Positions 39,451 to 50,229 of a stretch of DNA of 64,000 nt are shown one piece after another. The translations under genes were made by a program, and so were the position numbers. Position 1 is the stretch's first letter, and each line of letters opens with the position of its first letter. This DNA is from Candidatus Hadarchaeota archaeon (GTDB lineage: Archaea > Hadarchaeota > Hadarchaeia > Hadarchaeales > JAGGTB01). The notes beneath the pieces were generated by a model. It had not been told where the DNA came from. It worked only from the letters and a program-made list of their open reading frames with translations, and did not search any database. Location: NCBI GenBank assembly GCA_964384105.1, contig CAYLJV010000001.1, positions 256,001-320,000 on the forward strand, given 5' to 3'.

Positions 39451-40500
39451 ATGTCAGGTCAAGAATTGGATCGTTTAATTGTACCGAGAATCAGAGATGG
39501 CTGTATACTGGCTAGAGGATTAGAGATTGAAAGTTTGGAAGAGGATGGGGAAAAAGCAGTAGTGGAAGTGAGTCCTTGTACGTCTGAAAGAGGGAAGATA
39601 GTTACTGAGATAGATATTTCTGAAGGGTACGAAAATACACCTTTTTTGGATTCAAAGATCTTGTGTTTACTGTTGGATTCTTATGAGAGTCATTTTGCTG
39701 AGCTTAAATGTAGTACCAAATTAGGTTTGGCCAGATTGATGTGGAAGGCCCATAGGATCTATATCTATGAAAAAGGAAAGCTAAAGATAAGGTATGCTCA
39801 CAGTCGTGAGGATGCGATTAAGTTTGCTAATTCGATTTTGCGTCTCGTTTTACCTAGTTTGATTTGTGATAAGTGTAGTCTACCTATTGCTGATTGTATT
39901 CTTGCTGAATGTGTGGAATGCACCTTTGATGAATCGCCCCGAATTCTAAGTGTTCAGGATTTTTTTAATGGACCCCTCCTCAGAAGAAGCTATGAATGCT
40001 TGCTTGAAGCTTTTGAGAAGACTGAGGAATTAAGAAAGAGGTTGTTTGATCAGAGAGAGATTCCATCTTATTTAAAAAAGAGTGTAAAACGAGAGTTCAT
40101 TAAATCTATCGAATACGCGATGGATTTTTCCTTAGGATTGAAAGAGCATAATTTTCTTGTTGCAGGAGTAGAAATGATTTCTTTGGCTAAGCAGAGCCTT
40201 TTGTTGATAGATCAGGAAGATATTATTTTGAAAATTTCAGATTCAAAGTCAACAGGGGAATTTTGGGATCTTATTCGTGATTTAGATCGTTTTTTATGGC
40301 AAATAAATGAAGGACTTGTTTTATCCGTAAATGAAGTCTATCGAGATAACTTTGAAGATATTGAATCCAAGATAGTAAAAGCAACAAATATTCTAGAGAA
40401 AATAAAAACTTCTGAATTCAGTAACAAAAAAGAGCATTTTAAAATATCCGAGAAACTTCTCAAAACTAATAAAAAGTTTTTACAAAAGATTTCGGCTTAG
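39451..40500 (+). CDS. Hypothetical Cys-rich protein
   Basis: 349-aa ORF co-oriented with iscSU; CDKC..DC...CVEC cluster. Confidence 0.6.
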   Translation: MSGQELDRLIVPRIRDGCILARGLEIESLEEDGEKAVVEVSPCTSERGKIVTEIDISEGYENTPFLDSKILCLLLDSYESHFAELKCSTKLGLARLMWKAHRIYIYEKGKLKIRYAHSREDAIKFANSILRLVLPSLICDKCSLPIADCILAECVECTFDESPRILSVQDFFNGPLLRRSYECLLEAFEKTEELRKRLFDQREIPSYLKKSVKREFIKSIEYAMDFSLGLKEHNFLVAGVEMISLAKQSLLLIDQEDIILKISDSKSTGEFWDLIRDLDRFLWQINEGLVLSVNEVYRDNFEDIESKIVKATNILEKIKTSEFSNKKEHFKISEKLLKTNKKFLQKISA

Positions 40501-41006
40501 TACTGTATTCCTTTTTTGGTCAATGTTCTTTTTGGATGTTTTACATCTACTATCTCGTTAACGGAATCCGCTTTATCGATAAGTTCTTTTGGTGCATTTC
40601 TTCCGGTCAAAAACACATCTGTTTTCTTTGGAATCTCGTTTAATAATTCTACTACTTTTTCGACATCTAATAACCCACAATCAACTGCTAAATTTATCTC
40701 GTCTAATATGATTAAATGAGGTTTTTTCTCAGTAACTATTTTTTTAGCAAATTTCAAACCTTTTTGAGCTAATTTCTTGTCTTCTTTGTTGAGATTGTCT
40801 AAGCCTTTCCATCCTTCCCTGCCAAATTGGTGTATCTCGTATTCCGGTTTCAATCTTTTTCTTATTTTATATTCACCGGTTTTCTTCCACCATTTCAAGA
40901 ATTGAATAATCACCACTTTGTGTCCATGTCCGACTGATCTTAATGCAACTCCTAAAGCATTTGCTGTTTTACCCGCCCCCGATCCAGTATATAAATATAT
41001 TGTCAT
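40497..41006 (-). CDS. cobO: ATP:cob(I)alamin adenosyltransferase (CobA/BtuR type)
   Basis: YTGSGAGKT, IQFLK, ILDEIN, LTGR, GIQY. Confidence 0.93.
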   Translation of the reverse strand: MTIYLYTGSGAGKTANALGVALRSVGHGHKVVIIQFLKWWKKTGEYKIRKRLKPEYEIHQFGREGWKGLDNLNKEDKKLAQKGLKFAKKIVTEKKPHLIILDEINLAVDCGLLDVEKVVELLNEIPKKTDVFLTGRNAPKELIDKADSVNEIVDVKHPKRTLTKKGIQY

Positions 41007-41018
41007 TTTTTAGCCATT

Positions 41019-43138
41019 TTAGCCACATAAGGGGCAGATTCCGGTTATCCCACCCCCCGAATATTCGGCTTCTGCTGTTGTAAAATTAGGCGTTTTTTGT
41101 TTTCTGTCTTTTTCCTCTCTTCCTTTGTATAGAACCTGCTCCGATTTACTTCCGTATCTATAGACTGTGATACCTTTGCAATTCAGCTTCCAGGCTAACT
41201 TGTAGATTTTTTCAACATCATGTTTTGTTGCATCTTCGGGTAAATTGATTGTTTTAGATACAGCATTGTCTACATACTTTTGAAAGGCTGCTTGCATCTT
41301 TACATGCCATTTTGGATCTATCTCCAAAGCGGTAACAAAAATTTTCTTTATATCTTCAGGTATTCCCTCAATGTTTTCGAGAGATCCGGTTTTTGCTATT
41401 TCTTCCATTAATTCTCCACTATAGAACCCCCGCTCTTTTGATATTCTTTCAAATAAAGGATTAATTTCAAAGAGCTTATTTCCCTCTAAAACATTTCTCA
41501 TAAAAGCGATAGAGAAAAGAGGCTCTATGCTTGATGAGCAGCCTGCTATAATTGAGATACTTCCTGTGGGTGCTATTGAAGTTACTGTCGCATTTCTCAT
41601 AGATTCATAATTTTCATACCATATGCTCTTTTCGAAATTGGGAAAGGGTCCACGTTTTTTTCCGAGTTCTATGGATTTTTCTCTTGCTTTTTCCGAAATA
41701 AATTTCATGATTTTCTCACCTAGATCGATTGCTTCTTCTGAATCGTAGGGTATTCCAAGTTGTATAAGTAATTCAGCAAATCCCATTACTCCAAGTCCGA
41801 TCTTCCTATTTGCCTTCGCCATTTTTTCTATTTCTGGGTTGGGATATTCGTTTGCGTCGATAACATTATCTAGAAAATGTACGGCAGTTTTTACTATATT
41901 TTCTAGCTTATCCCATCTATCATTTTTTTATTTTTTTCTTCTTTTGCTATTTTGCTTAGATTAATACTCCCGAGGTTACAAGGTTCGTTTGCCAGTAGCG
42001 GAACTTCTCCACAAGGATTTGTAGCTTCTATCCTCCCGATTTGAGGTGTTGGGTTGTGTCTGTTTATTTCGTCTATGAATAGAACGCCGGGATCACCAGA
42101 TTCCCAGGCGTTTTTAGTAATTTGGTTCCAGATCCTTCTGGCTTTCAGTTTTTTTGTAACAGAGTTAGTTCTCGGGTTTATTAGTGGATACTCATCATCG
42201 TTTTCTACAGCTTCCATAAAATCGTCAGATACTGAAACGGAGATATTAAAATTGCTTAGCGGACCCTCCTCAGTTTTTGAATTTATAAATTCATTTATAT
42301 CTGGATGGTTGGCTTGAAGAACGCCCATCATAGCACCTCTTCTTTTCCCTCCCGCTTTTATGACGTCGGTCACGATATCAAAAACTCTCATAAACGAGAC
42401 GGGTCCAGATGCGACTCCTTTTGTGGATCGAACTACGTCACCTCTAGGTCTTAGTTTCGAAAAATTGAAACCTACTCCTCCACCAGTTTGTTCTATTAGA
42501 GCAGTTTTTTTAACAGTAGAAAAGATGCTTTCAAGAGAATCTTCGACTGGAAGAACAAAACAGGCACTTAATTGTCCGAGTGGAGCATTGGCATTGAATA
42601 GAGTAGGGGAATTAGGCAGAAACTCCAGCTTGCTCATTATCTTGAAAAATTTTAGAAAACTTTTTTCCGGTTTTTGTCCATAATTTTTATCGATATTGGA
42701 GATGCTCTCAGCAACTCGATGAAACATTTCTGAAGGTGTCTCGATAATTTCTCCCTTTTCGTTCTTTAACAAGTATCTTTTTTTGAGGACCTCTAGAGCA
42801 TTCACTGTTAGTTTTGGTTCTTCTTCTATCTCGAATTTTTTCTTTAATTCTCTAATTTCCCTCTTCTTCTTTCTGTAATTCTCATATTCTTCAGCAACTT
42901 TTTCATAGTTTTTTTCTTTAAGTGTTTCTACCACAATATCTTGGATTTTTTCTACTGAAGGTATTTCCACTTTGTAATCTTCTTCTAATTTCTTTACTAC
43001 GTAATCCGATATTTTCTTAGATTTTTCTCCGTCTTCTATATTCGCGGCTATTAGTGCCCGATGAATTGCACTTTTTATTCTCTTCTGCTCGAAATCTACT
43101 GTCTTGCCATCTCTTTTTTTAACTTTTGAGATTCTCAT
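41019..43138 (-). CDS. nrdJ: Class II (adenosylcobalamin-dependent) ribonucleotide reductase with ATP-cone, frameshifted near 41915
   Basis: ATP-cone, PNSPTL, SACFV, TNPCGE, CNLGS in 41903-43138; FLDNVID, RKIGLG, IAPTGS, SKTIN, CPLC in the next frame. Confidence 0.92.
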
Positions 43139-43508
43139 GACCTTAGGATTTTTTATTCTTTTTGATTAATAGATTATTCTTCACGTAATGAAAGTCCTGT
43201 TTGTTTGGGATAAACATCGGTTAGCGAGAATATGTTGAAAAATCTAGCTTATTGGATTAAAGAAAGAGGCGGGGATAGAAAGAAGATTCAACTACTTTGA
43301 TAATTGAACTAGTTCGAGTGAGTATGATACAATTGATTATTTGAGCAAAATGATTCAAATAAGAGTCAAATTGTTAGATTATTAGTAGAGATTCTTGTTT
43401 TTTTGTGAGAAAGCTAGATAAATGAATAGCTTTTATGTGTAAGGGTAAAAGAATAAATGACTATTTATTTAAAAGAAAAATAAGAGTTTATATTTCGGAG
43501 AGTATTGA

Positions 43509-45194
43509 ATGAGCAAGCTTACTGGAGCTGAAACACTTATAAAGTCCCTAAAAGAAGAGGGTGTTAAGCATATTTTTGGCATTCCCGGCGGTGCTGTAAT
43601 CGAGGTTTATGACGCACTTTATGACGAAGGGGATATTGAGCATATCTTGATGCGTCATGAGCAGGCTGCTGCTCATGCTGCAGATGGATACGCTCGAGTT
43701 ACAGGAGGTCCTGGAGTTTGTATGGCTACATCTGGCCCTGGGGCCCTTAATCTTACTACTGGGATGGCAAATGCTTTAATGGATAGTTCACCGGTGATTG
43801 CAATAACAGGTCAGGTTGCGAAACCCCTTCTTGGCACTGATGCTTTCCAAGAGGCAGATATGCTTAGTACAATGATACCTAATGCTAAACATAATTTCAT
43901 GCTCAGAAATGTAGAGGAGATCCCTGAGAGAGTAAACTATGCATTTAAGATTGCAACTACTGAAAGGCCTGGGCCAGTTCAAATAGATTTTCCTAAAGAT
44001 ATTCAGAAAGATACAGCGGAAGTCGATATCCCTGTTAGAAAAGATTTTGAGAATCTTAAGAAACCGAAAAAAGAGCCGACTGATAGCGAGATAAAGGGAG
44101 CTTTAGAACTTTTGGCAGAAGCTGATAAGCCGCTTATTTTTGCGGGTGGGGGTGTGGTTCTCTCTAAAGCTTGGTCTGGGCTTCGTGATTTGGCAGAAAA
44201 ACTTCACATTCCGGTAGTTACCTCTACGATGGCTAAAGGGGTAATCCCAGAGGACCACCCTCTCTCTCTAGGCATTTTGGGGATGCATGGTCGTATTACG
44301 GCAAATATTGCAGTTACCGAATGTGATGTACTTTTGGCTATCGGTGCGAGGTTCGATGACAGACAGACAGGTGATTTGAAGCATTTTGCACCAAAGGCCG
44401 ATATAATTCATATAGATATAGATCCCGTTGAGATCGGAAAGAATGTCCGAGTTGAGCTTCCAATAGTCGCTGATGCTAAAACCGCATTGGGAAAAATGGC
44501 AGAATATCTTGAATCCAGTTCTATTAGTAGAAGCGAGGATCAGTGGAACGAGCGAATAAATAATCTAAAAAATAAGTTCAAACCGAAAATGGATTATGAC
44601 GATGTGCCAATAAAACCGCAGAGGATTATGAAAGAAATTATGAATGTTTTGAATGATGATGCTATTGTTGCTACTGAGGTAGGTCAATGTCAAATGTGGG
44701 CAGCACACTTCCTAGATATTAAGAAACCACTTAAGTTCATTAATTCAGGGGGATTGGGTACTATGGGATTCGGTTTCCCCGCGGCTATTGGTGCAAAGGT
44801 TGGTCGTCCCGAATGTCAAGTTATAGATATTGCAGGTGATGGAAGCTTCTTAATGAACTCTCAGGAATTGGCTACAGCGGTTGAGGGTGATATTCCAGTG
44901 GTTGTAGCTGTTTTGAACAATAGTTATTTGGGTATGGTTAAGCAATGGCAGGACCTTTTTTATGACGAGAGGAGGTCGGCCACCCATCTTGGCAGCTCGC
45001 CAGACTTCGCTAAATTGGCGGAGGCATATGGTGCACGTGGGTTTAGAGTTACTAAACCTAGCGAAATTGGACCAAATCTTAAGGAAGCTTTTGAGTGTGG
45101 TAAACCAGCTGTTTTGGATATAGTGGTTGATCCAGATGAACATGTTCTCCCCATGGTCCCAGCGGGTGGAAAATTAGATAAGATGTTAACTTGA
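43509..45194 (+). CDS. ilvB: Acetolactate synthase large subunit
   Basis: RHEQAAAHAADG, TSGPG, GDGSF...NN TPP motif. Confidence 0.97.
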   Translation: MSKLTGAETLIKSLKEEGVKHIFGIPGGAVIEVYDALYDEGDIEHILMRHEQAAAHAADGYARVTGGPGVCMATSGPGALNLTTGMANALMDSSPVIAITGQVAKPLLGTDAFQEADMLSTMIPNAKHNFMLRNVEEIPERVNYAFKIATTERPGPVQIDFPKDIQKDTAEVDIPVRKDFENLKKPKKEPTDSEIKGALELLAEADKPLIFAGGGVVLSKAWSGLRDLAEKLHIPVVTSTMAKGVIPEDHPLSLGILGMHGRITANIAVTECDVLLAIGARFDDRQTGDLKHFAPKADIIHIDIDPVEIGKNVRVELPIVADAKTALGKMAEYLESSSISRSEDQWNERINNLKNKFKPKMDYDDVPIKPQRIMKEIMNVLNDDAIVATEVGQCQMWAAHFLDIKKPLKFINSGGLGTMGFGFPAAIGAKVGRPECQVIDIAGDGSFLMNSQELATAVEGDIPVVVAVLNNSYLGMVKQWQDLFYDERRSATHLGSSPDFAKLAEAYGARGFRVTKPSEIGPNLKEAFECGKPAVLDIVVDPDEHVLPMVPAGGKLDKMLT

Positions 45195-45205
45195 GGAGAA
45201 GATTA

Positions 45206-45688
45206 ATGGCTACTCATATATTTTCAGTATTGTGTAAGAATGAACCGGGTGTGATGATGAGGATAACCCAGGCATTTACCCGAAGACAGGTAAACATGGA
45301 TTCTATTACGGTAGGTATAGAGCCGACAGGAAATGCTAGAATAATAACATTGTTTGAAGCGGATGAGAGAATGGCAGATTTCTTACAGAAAGTTCTAGAG
45401 AGGTTAACTCAGGTCATCGAGGTTGAGGCATTGAGGGAGCAAACTAGTATAGTTCGAGAAATTGCACTTTTAAAGACGAAGCCACTTGAGGGAGAAGAAA
45501 AAGAGAAAACTCTTTATCGTATCGAGGAGATTGGCGGAAGAATTTTAGAGGTAAAGGGGGATGCGATAATAGCAGAGATTTATGGAGATCACGAAAGAAT
45601 TGAGAACGTGATTCAGGATTTGGGTCCAGATGTTCTTAAAGAAGTAGCCCGTTCGGGTCAAGTTTATGTTTCGAAGAAGTTTGATTAG
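45206..45688 (+). CDS. ilvN: Acetolactate synthase small (ACT) subunit
   Basis: NEPGVMMRI..FTRR.VN, EVARSG; follows ilvB. Confidence 0.9.
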   Translation: MATHIFSVLCKNEPGVMMRITQAFTRRQVNMDSITVGIEPTGNARIITLFEADERMADFLQKVLERLTQVIEVEALREQTSIVREIALLKTKPLEGEEKEKTLYRIEEIGGRILEVKGDAIIAEIYGDHERIENVIQDLGPDVLKEVARSGQVYVSKKFD

Positions 45689-45750
45689 TTAAATATTTCA
45701 GCCATAGAGTTTAAGTAAATGAGTAACTAGATATGTGCGGAGGAAATCAT

Positions 45751-46749
45751 ATGGCTAAAATATACGATGACGAGGATGCAAGTCTTTCTAATTTGGAAGG
45801 TAAGACAATCGCTGTAATAGGTTACGGTAATCAGGGCCATGCCCAGGCATTGAACATGAGAGATTCCGGGTGCGAAGTTATTATCGGAGTTCGAAGAGGC
45901 GGAGATTCTTGGGAAAGAGCAAAGAAGGATGGTTTTGACGTATACGAAATATCGGAAGCTGCTAAGAAGGGCGACATTATTCATATTTTGATACCTGATG
46001 AAGTACAGGCTAAGGTTTACAACGAACAGATCGCCCCGGTAATGGGAGATGGTAAGACAATAGGAGTGAGCCATGCTTTTAACATTCACTTCAAGCAAAT
46101 TGTCCCATCCCACGAAGCCGATGTTGTAATGATTGCACCAAAGGCTCCAGGTCTTTCTGTTAGAAAAACCTACAAGAAGGGTTCCGGTGTTCCTGGATTA
46201 GTCGCGGTAGCTCAGGATTATAGTGGAAACGCTATGGATACTGCTTTGGCCATGGCAAAAGCTGTTGGCCTTACAAGGATCGGAGTTATAGAAACTAGCT
46301 TTAAAGAGGAAGTTGAAACCGATTGGTTTGGAGAGCAGACCGTTCTTGTTGGTGGAGTTTCGGAACTCATCAAAGCTGGATTTGACACTCTAGTGGAAGA
46401 GGGTTATCAACCCGAGATAGCTTACTTCGAATGTCTCAATGAAATGAAGCTTATCGTTGATTTGATATATGAACAGGGGATCGAAGGTATGATGACTAGG
46501 GTAAGCAATACTGCAGAGTATGGCGGTAGAACTAGAGGACCTCGGGTCATAGATGCGAATGTACGAAAAGAGATGAAGAAAATACTCAAGGAAATTAAGG
46601 ATGGAACATTTGCTAAAGAATGGAATACGGAAAACGATAGGGGTATACCCAACCTTAAAAAGATGAGAGAAGAAGCAAAGGATCAACTACTCACAAAAAT
46701 TGGCGAAGAAATCCGCGAATGGGCCAACGTTACTGAACTTGGCGATTAG
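45751..46749 (+). CDS. ilvC: Ketol-acid reductoisomerase
   Basis: IGYGNQGHAQALN, APKAPG, ETDWFGEQ. Confidence 0.98.
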   Translation: MAKIYDDEDASLSNLEGKTIAVIGYGNQGHAQALNMRDSGCEVIIGVRRGGDSWERAKKDGFDVYEISEAAKKGDIIHILIPDEVQAKVYNEQIAPVMGDGKTIGVSHAFNIHFKQIVPSHEADVVMIAPKAPGLSVRKTYKKGSGVPGLVAVAQDYSGNAMDTALAMAKAVGLTRIGVIETSFKEEVETDWFGEQTVLVGGVSELIKAGFDTLVEEGYQPEIAYFECLNEMKLIVDLIYEQGIEGMMTRVSNTAEYGGRTRGPRVIDANVRKEMKKILKEIKDGTFAKEWNTENDRGIPNLKKMREEAKDQLLTKIGEEIREWANVTELGD

Positions 46750-46788
46750 ACTTGTATTTGTTTGTGTATAGGTTGTCGAGGCGATTTA

Positions 46789-48456
46789 TTGAAGCATAGA
46801 AGTAGGGAGATAACGGAAGGTCTAGAATCGGCTCCTACTAGAGCCCTTTTGAAGGCCGATGGTCTGAGAGATGAAGATATAGATAAGCCTTTGGTGGCTA
46901 TTGCCAATTCTTGGAATCAGATTGTTCCAGGTCATATTCATCTTAGAGAGTTAGGTGAAAAGGTTGCTGAAGGGATAAAATCAGCTGGTGCTACACCATT
47001 CCAGTTCCATACGATAGGAATGTGTGATGGAATTGGTATGGGTACTCATGGAATGAGATTTTCTTTGCCGTCGAGAGAGATTGTTGCAAATAGTTTAGAA
47101 ATAATGTTGGAGGGACAGAGATTCGATGCAGTTGTTGCGTTAGCCTCATGTGATAAGATCGTTCCGGGTATGTTGATGGGTCTTGCCCGAGTGGATATTC
47201 CTGCTATTATGGTTACCGGTGGTCCAATGCTTCCTGGAGAGTGGAAAGGAAAAAAGTTGGATGTAATAAGCGTTTTCGAGGCTATTGGTGAGGTTAAATC
47301 GGGAAGGATATCTGAAGAGGAAGCAAAAGAGATTGAGAATTTAGCTTGTCCGGGTGCTGGTTCTTGCGCTGGCCTGTTTACGGCTAATACAATGGCTTGT
47401 TTGACCGAGACTATGGGGTTATCCTTGCCAGGTACAGCTACAGCTCATGCCGTACATGAGAAAAAATCGAGAATAGCTTTGGAAGCTGGTGAGCAAATTG
47501 TGAACGTTCTTGAAAAGAATATAAAACCAAGTGATATCCTTACTCCAGAAGCCTTTGACAATGCTATTATAGTTGATATGGCATTGGGCGGATCTACAAA
47601 TACGGTTTTACATCTCCCGGCTATCGCCTCTGAACTCGATATCGAACTTGATCTTGATAGGTTTGATCGTATAGGCCGTAGGATTCCACAAATTGCAAGT
47701 CTTAGACCTGGAGGGGAGCACATGATGTTAGACTTGGAGAACGCGGGTGGTGTTCCGGCAGTTCTCAAAAGGTTAGAAGAAGATCTTAATCTCGATTGTA
47801 TGACTGTGACCGGTCAAACTCTCGCGGAAAACTTGAAAGGAGTGGAAGTAAAGGATGATAGTGTAATCAGGCCCAAGTCTAAACCATTTAGAGAAACCGG
47901 TGGAATTGCTATTTTGAGAGGTAATCTTGCTCCGGATGGGGCAGTTGTGAAATACGGAGCTGTTAGTCCTAAGTTATGGAAACATACCGGACCTGCCAGA
48001 GTTTTTGAATCAGAAGAAGTTGCTGAAAAAGCTATTCTGAATGGAGAGATAAAAAAAGGGGATATTGTGGTAATTAGGTACGAGGGACCCAAGGGCGGTC
48101 CGGGAATGCGGGAGATGCTAGGTCCGACTTCAGCGATTGCAGGTATGGGTATGGTCGAGTCAGTAGCTTTGATAACTGATGGAAGATTCTCAGGTGGAAC
48201 TAGAGGTTTAGCTGTGGGACACGTTTCTCCAGAAGCTGCAGTTGGTGGCCCTATAGCCGCGGTTAATGAGGGTGATGAAATAATGATTGATATAGAAGAT
48301 AGAAAGATAGAGCTTTTGATTGACTCATCTGAGATCAAAAGAAGATTGAAAGATTGGACTCCACCTGAATCAAAGTTTAGCGGGGGATATTTAGATGTCT
48401 ACTCTCGGATAGTGGGTTCAGCTGCAAAAGGTGCGATTCTAACTGGAGACGAGTAA
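46789..48456 (+). CDS. ilvD: Dihydroxy-acid dehydratase
   Basis: CDGI, CDK, GSCAGLFTANTM, TDGRFSG. Confidence 0.98.
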   Translation: MKHRSREITEGLESAPTRALLKADGLRDEDIDKPLVAIANSWNQIVPGHIHLRELGEKVAEGIKSAGATPFQFHTIGMCDGIGMGTHGMRFSLPSREIVANSLEIMLEGQRFDAVVALASCDKIVPGMLMGLARVDIPAIMVTGGPMLPGEWKGKKLDVISVFEAIGEVKSGRISEEEAKEIENLACPGAGSCAGLFTANTMACLTETMGLSLPGTATAHAVHEKKSRIALEAGEQIVNVLEKNIKPSDILTPEAFDNAIIVDMALGGSTNTVLHLPAIASELDIELDLDRFDRIGRRIPQIASLRPGGEHMMLDLENAGGVPAVLKRLEEDLNLDCMTVTGQTLAENLKGVEVKDDSVIRPKSKPFRETGGIAILRGNLAPDGAVVKYGAVSPKLWKHTGPARVFESEEVAEKAILNGEIKKGDIVVIRYEGPKGGPGMREMLGPTSAIAGMGMVESVALITDGRFSGGTRGLAVGHVSPEAAVGGPIAAVNEGDEIMIDIEDRKIELLIDSSEIKRRLKDWTPPESKFSGGYLDVYSRIVGSAAKGAILTGDE

Positions 48457-48485
48457 CGGGTAGTATAATTTCTAACCGTAACTGA

Positions 48486-48779
48486 TTATTCTCTTTTTTC
48501 TTCCGTTTTTCGAAGGTTCATTAATTCCTCTATTTCATATTCTTTGAATTTGTCAGTTAGCTTATAATATCCATTTGTGATGAGGTATATTCCTACCCCT
48601 CCACCTATTAGCCCGGATAACGTGAAAAATACTTTCAGATTTTCGTAACTCATCTCGTTGGAATGTAGAGAAATCATTAGTGCTATTGGGATTAAGATTA
48701 GGATTATCCCTATTATCACCTGCGAAAAGGCATAGTCTTTTCTAAACAAAATTTTCACCTTCCTATTATTCTCAATCAT
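48486..48779 (-). CDS. Small hypothetical two-TM membrane protein
   Basis: 97-aa ORF with two hydrophobic segments filling the intergenic gap. Confidence 0.5.
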   Translation of the reverse strand: MIENNRKVKILFRKDYAFSQVIIGIILILIPIALMISLHSNEMSYENLKVFFTLSGLIGGGVGIYLITNGYYKLTDKFKEYEIEELMNLRKTEEKRE

Positions 48780-48972
48780 GTCTAATAATTGTGGTAGGTG
48801 GAAAAATGGGAGATTTCTCCTTATTTTTCTAAATGCTTAAGCTTGACTATTTGATTAGATGCTAGCTTTTTTGTTCGATGAGGAATTTACCCGTGAAATT
48901 ATGGATTATAGGTAGATTGGCGAAGGCTTAAAATATTGAGACTGTTATTGTAGATTGACCAAGGGATTCTTT

Positions 48973-50229
48973 ATGAGTATGACGATAGCAGAAAAAATTT
49001 TGGCAGATAAGTCGGGTGAGGCGGAGGTAAAACCAGGAGATGTAGTCGAGGCTGAGATAGACCGAGCTATGGTAAACGATATCACGGCTCCTTTAACTGT
49101 TGACGCTTTGGAAGAATTAGGGCTAGAAAGTGTTTGGGATGCCGAGAAAATAACAATTGTGTTTGATCATCAGTTTCCACCTACAAAAATTGTTGCTGCT
49201 CAGGACCAGTATGATCTCAGAGAGTTTGCTAAGAGGATGAAGATAAATAATCTTTATGGAAGTGGAGAGGGAGTTTGCCATCAAATAATGATGGAGAGGG
49301 GTCATGTTTTGCCAAGTCAACTAGTGGTAGGAGCAGATTCACATACATGTACTTATGGGGCCTTAGGAGCCTTTGCTACAGGTATTGGTTCAACTGATAT
49401 GGCTGCGGTTTTCGCAGAAGGGAAACTTTGGTTCAAAGTTCCAGAAACTATCAAAATAGAAGTTAAAGATCGGTTAAACGGAATGGTGATGCCAAAAGAT
49501 TTGATTCTTAGAATGGTTGGGGATATAGGAGCCGATGGAGCTATTTATAAGGCAATCGAGATAACGGGGTCGGCTATTCATAATATTAGTGTTCCAGGCC
49601 GAATGTCGATGTGTAACATGGGTGTTGAGATGGGTGCTAAGACAGCTATCGTACCGCCAGATGGGAAAACAGAAAAATATTTGGGAAAAAGGACAAATGA
49701 AGATTATTCTCTGACCAAGTCAGATGAAGACGCAGATTATTCAGATGAGCTTTTCTATGATGCTAAAGAAATAGAACCGATGGTGGCTCGTCCTCATAGT
49801 GTTGATAATGTTGTTTCTGTAAGAGAACTTGATGAAACTGAGATTCAGCAGGCTTTTCTTGGTAGTTGTACTAATGGGCGACTCGAAGACTTAACTATTG
49901 CCGCAAGTATTCTTGAAGGAGAAAAGGTTGATTCTGATGTTAGAATGCTGGTCGCACCTGCTTCACAGGAGGTCTATAAACAGGCTCTTCAGGATGGAAT
50001 TATCGATAAACTAGTGAATGCTGGTGCTACTATAGAGAATCCAGGATGTACAACTTGCTGGGGTGGTCATTTGGGAATTCTTGCTCCAGGAGAAGCTTGT
50101 GTTTCTTCCTCTAATCGTAATTTTAAGGGGAGAATGGGTAGTCCGGAAGCAAAAATATATTTAGCGTCGCCAGCTACTGTGGCAGCATCTGCTTTGACAG
50201 GTAAAATAGTAGACCCGAGGGATATATAA
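48973..50229 (+). CDS. leuC: 3-isopropylmalate/citramalate dehydratase large subunit
   Basis: GADSHTCT, GSCTNGR, CTTCWG, NRNF. Confidence 0.93.
   Translation: MSMTIAEKILADKSGEAEVKPGDVVEAEIDRAMVNDITAPLTVDALEELGLESVWDAEKITIVFDHQFPPTKIVAAQDQYDLREFAKRMKINNLYGSGEGVCHQIMMERGHVLPSQLVVGADSHTCTYGALGAFATGIGSTDMAAVFAEGKLWFKVPETIKIEVKDRLNGMVMPKDLILRMVGDIGADGAIYKAIEITGSAIHNISVPGRMSMCNMGVEMGAKTAIVPPDGKTEKYLGKRTNEDYSLTKSDEDADYSDELFYDAKEIEPMVARPHSVDNVVSVRELDETEIQQAFLGSCTNGRLEDLTIAASILEGEKVDSDVRMLVAPASQEVYKQALQDGIIDKLVNAGATIENPGCTTCWGGHLGILAPGEACVSSSNRNFKGRMGSPEAKIYLASPATVAASALTGKIVDPRDI

Noticed and set aside
43324-43405. Ile/Leu/Val-rich mini-ORFs (MIQLII, MIQIRVKLLDY) upstream of ilvB as attenuator leader peptides
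   Set aside because: Such codons are expected in AT-rich DNA; no alternative hairpins seen; TATA-like sequences lie downstream of them
43452-43469. Inverted repeat AATAAAT-N4-ATTTATT upstream of ilvB
   Set aside because: Only A/T in the arms and not repeated upstream of the other ilv/leu genes
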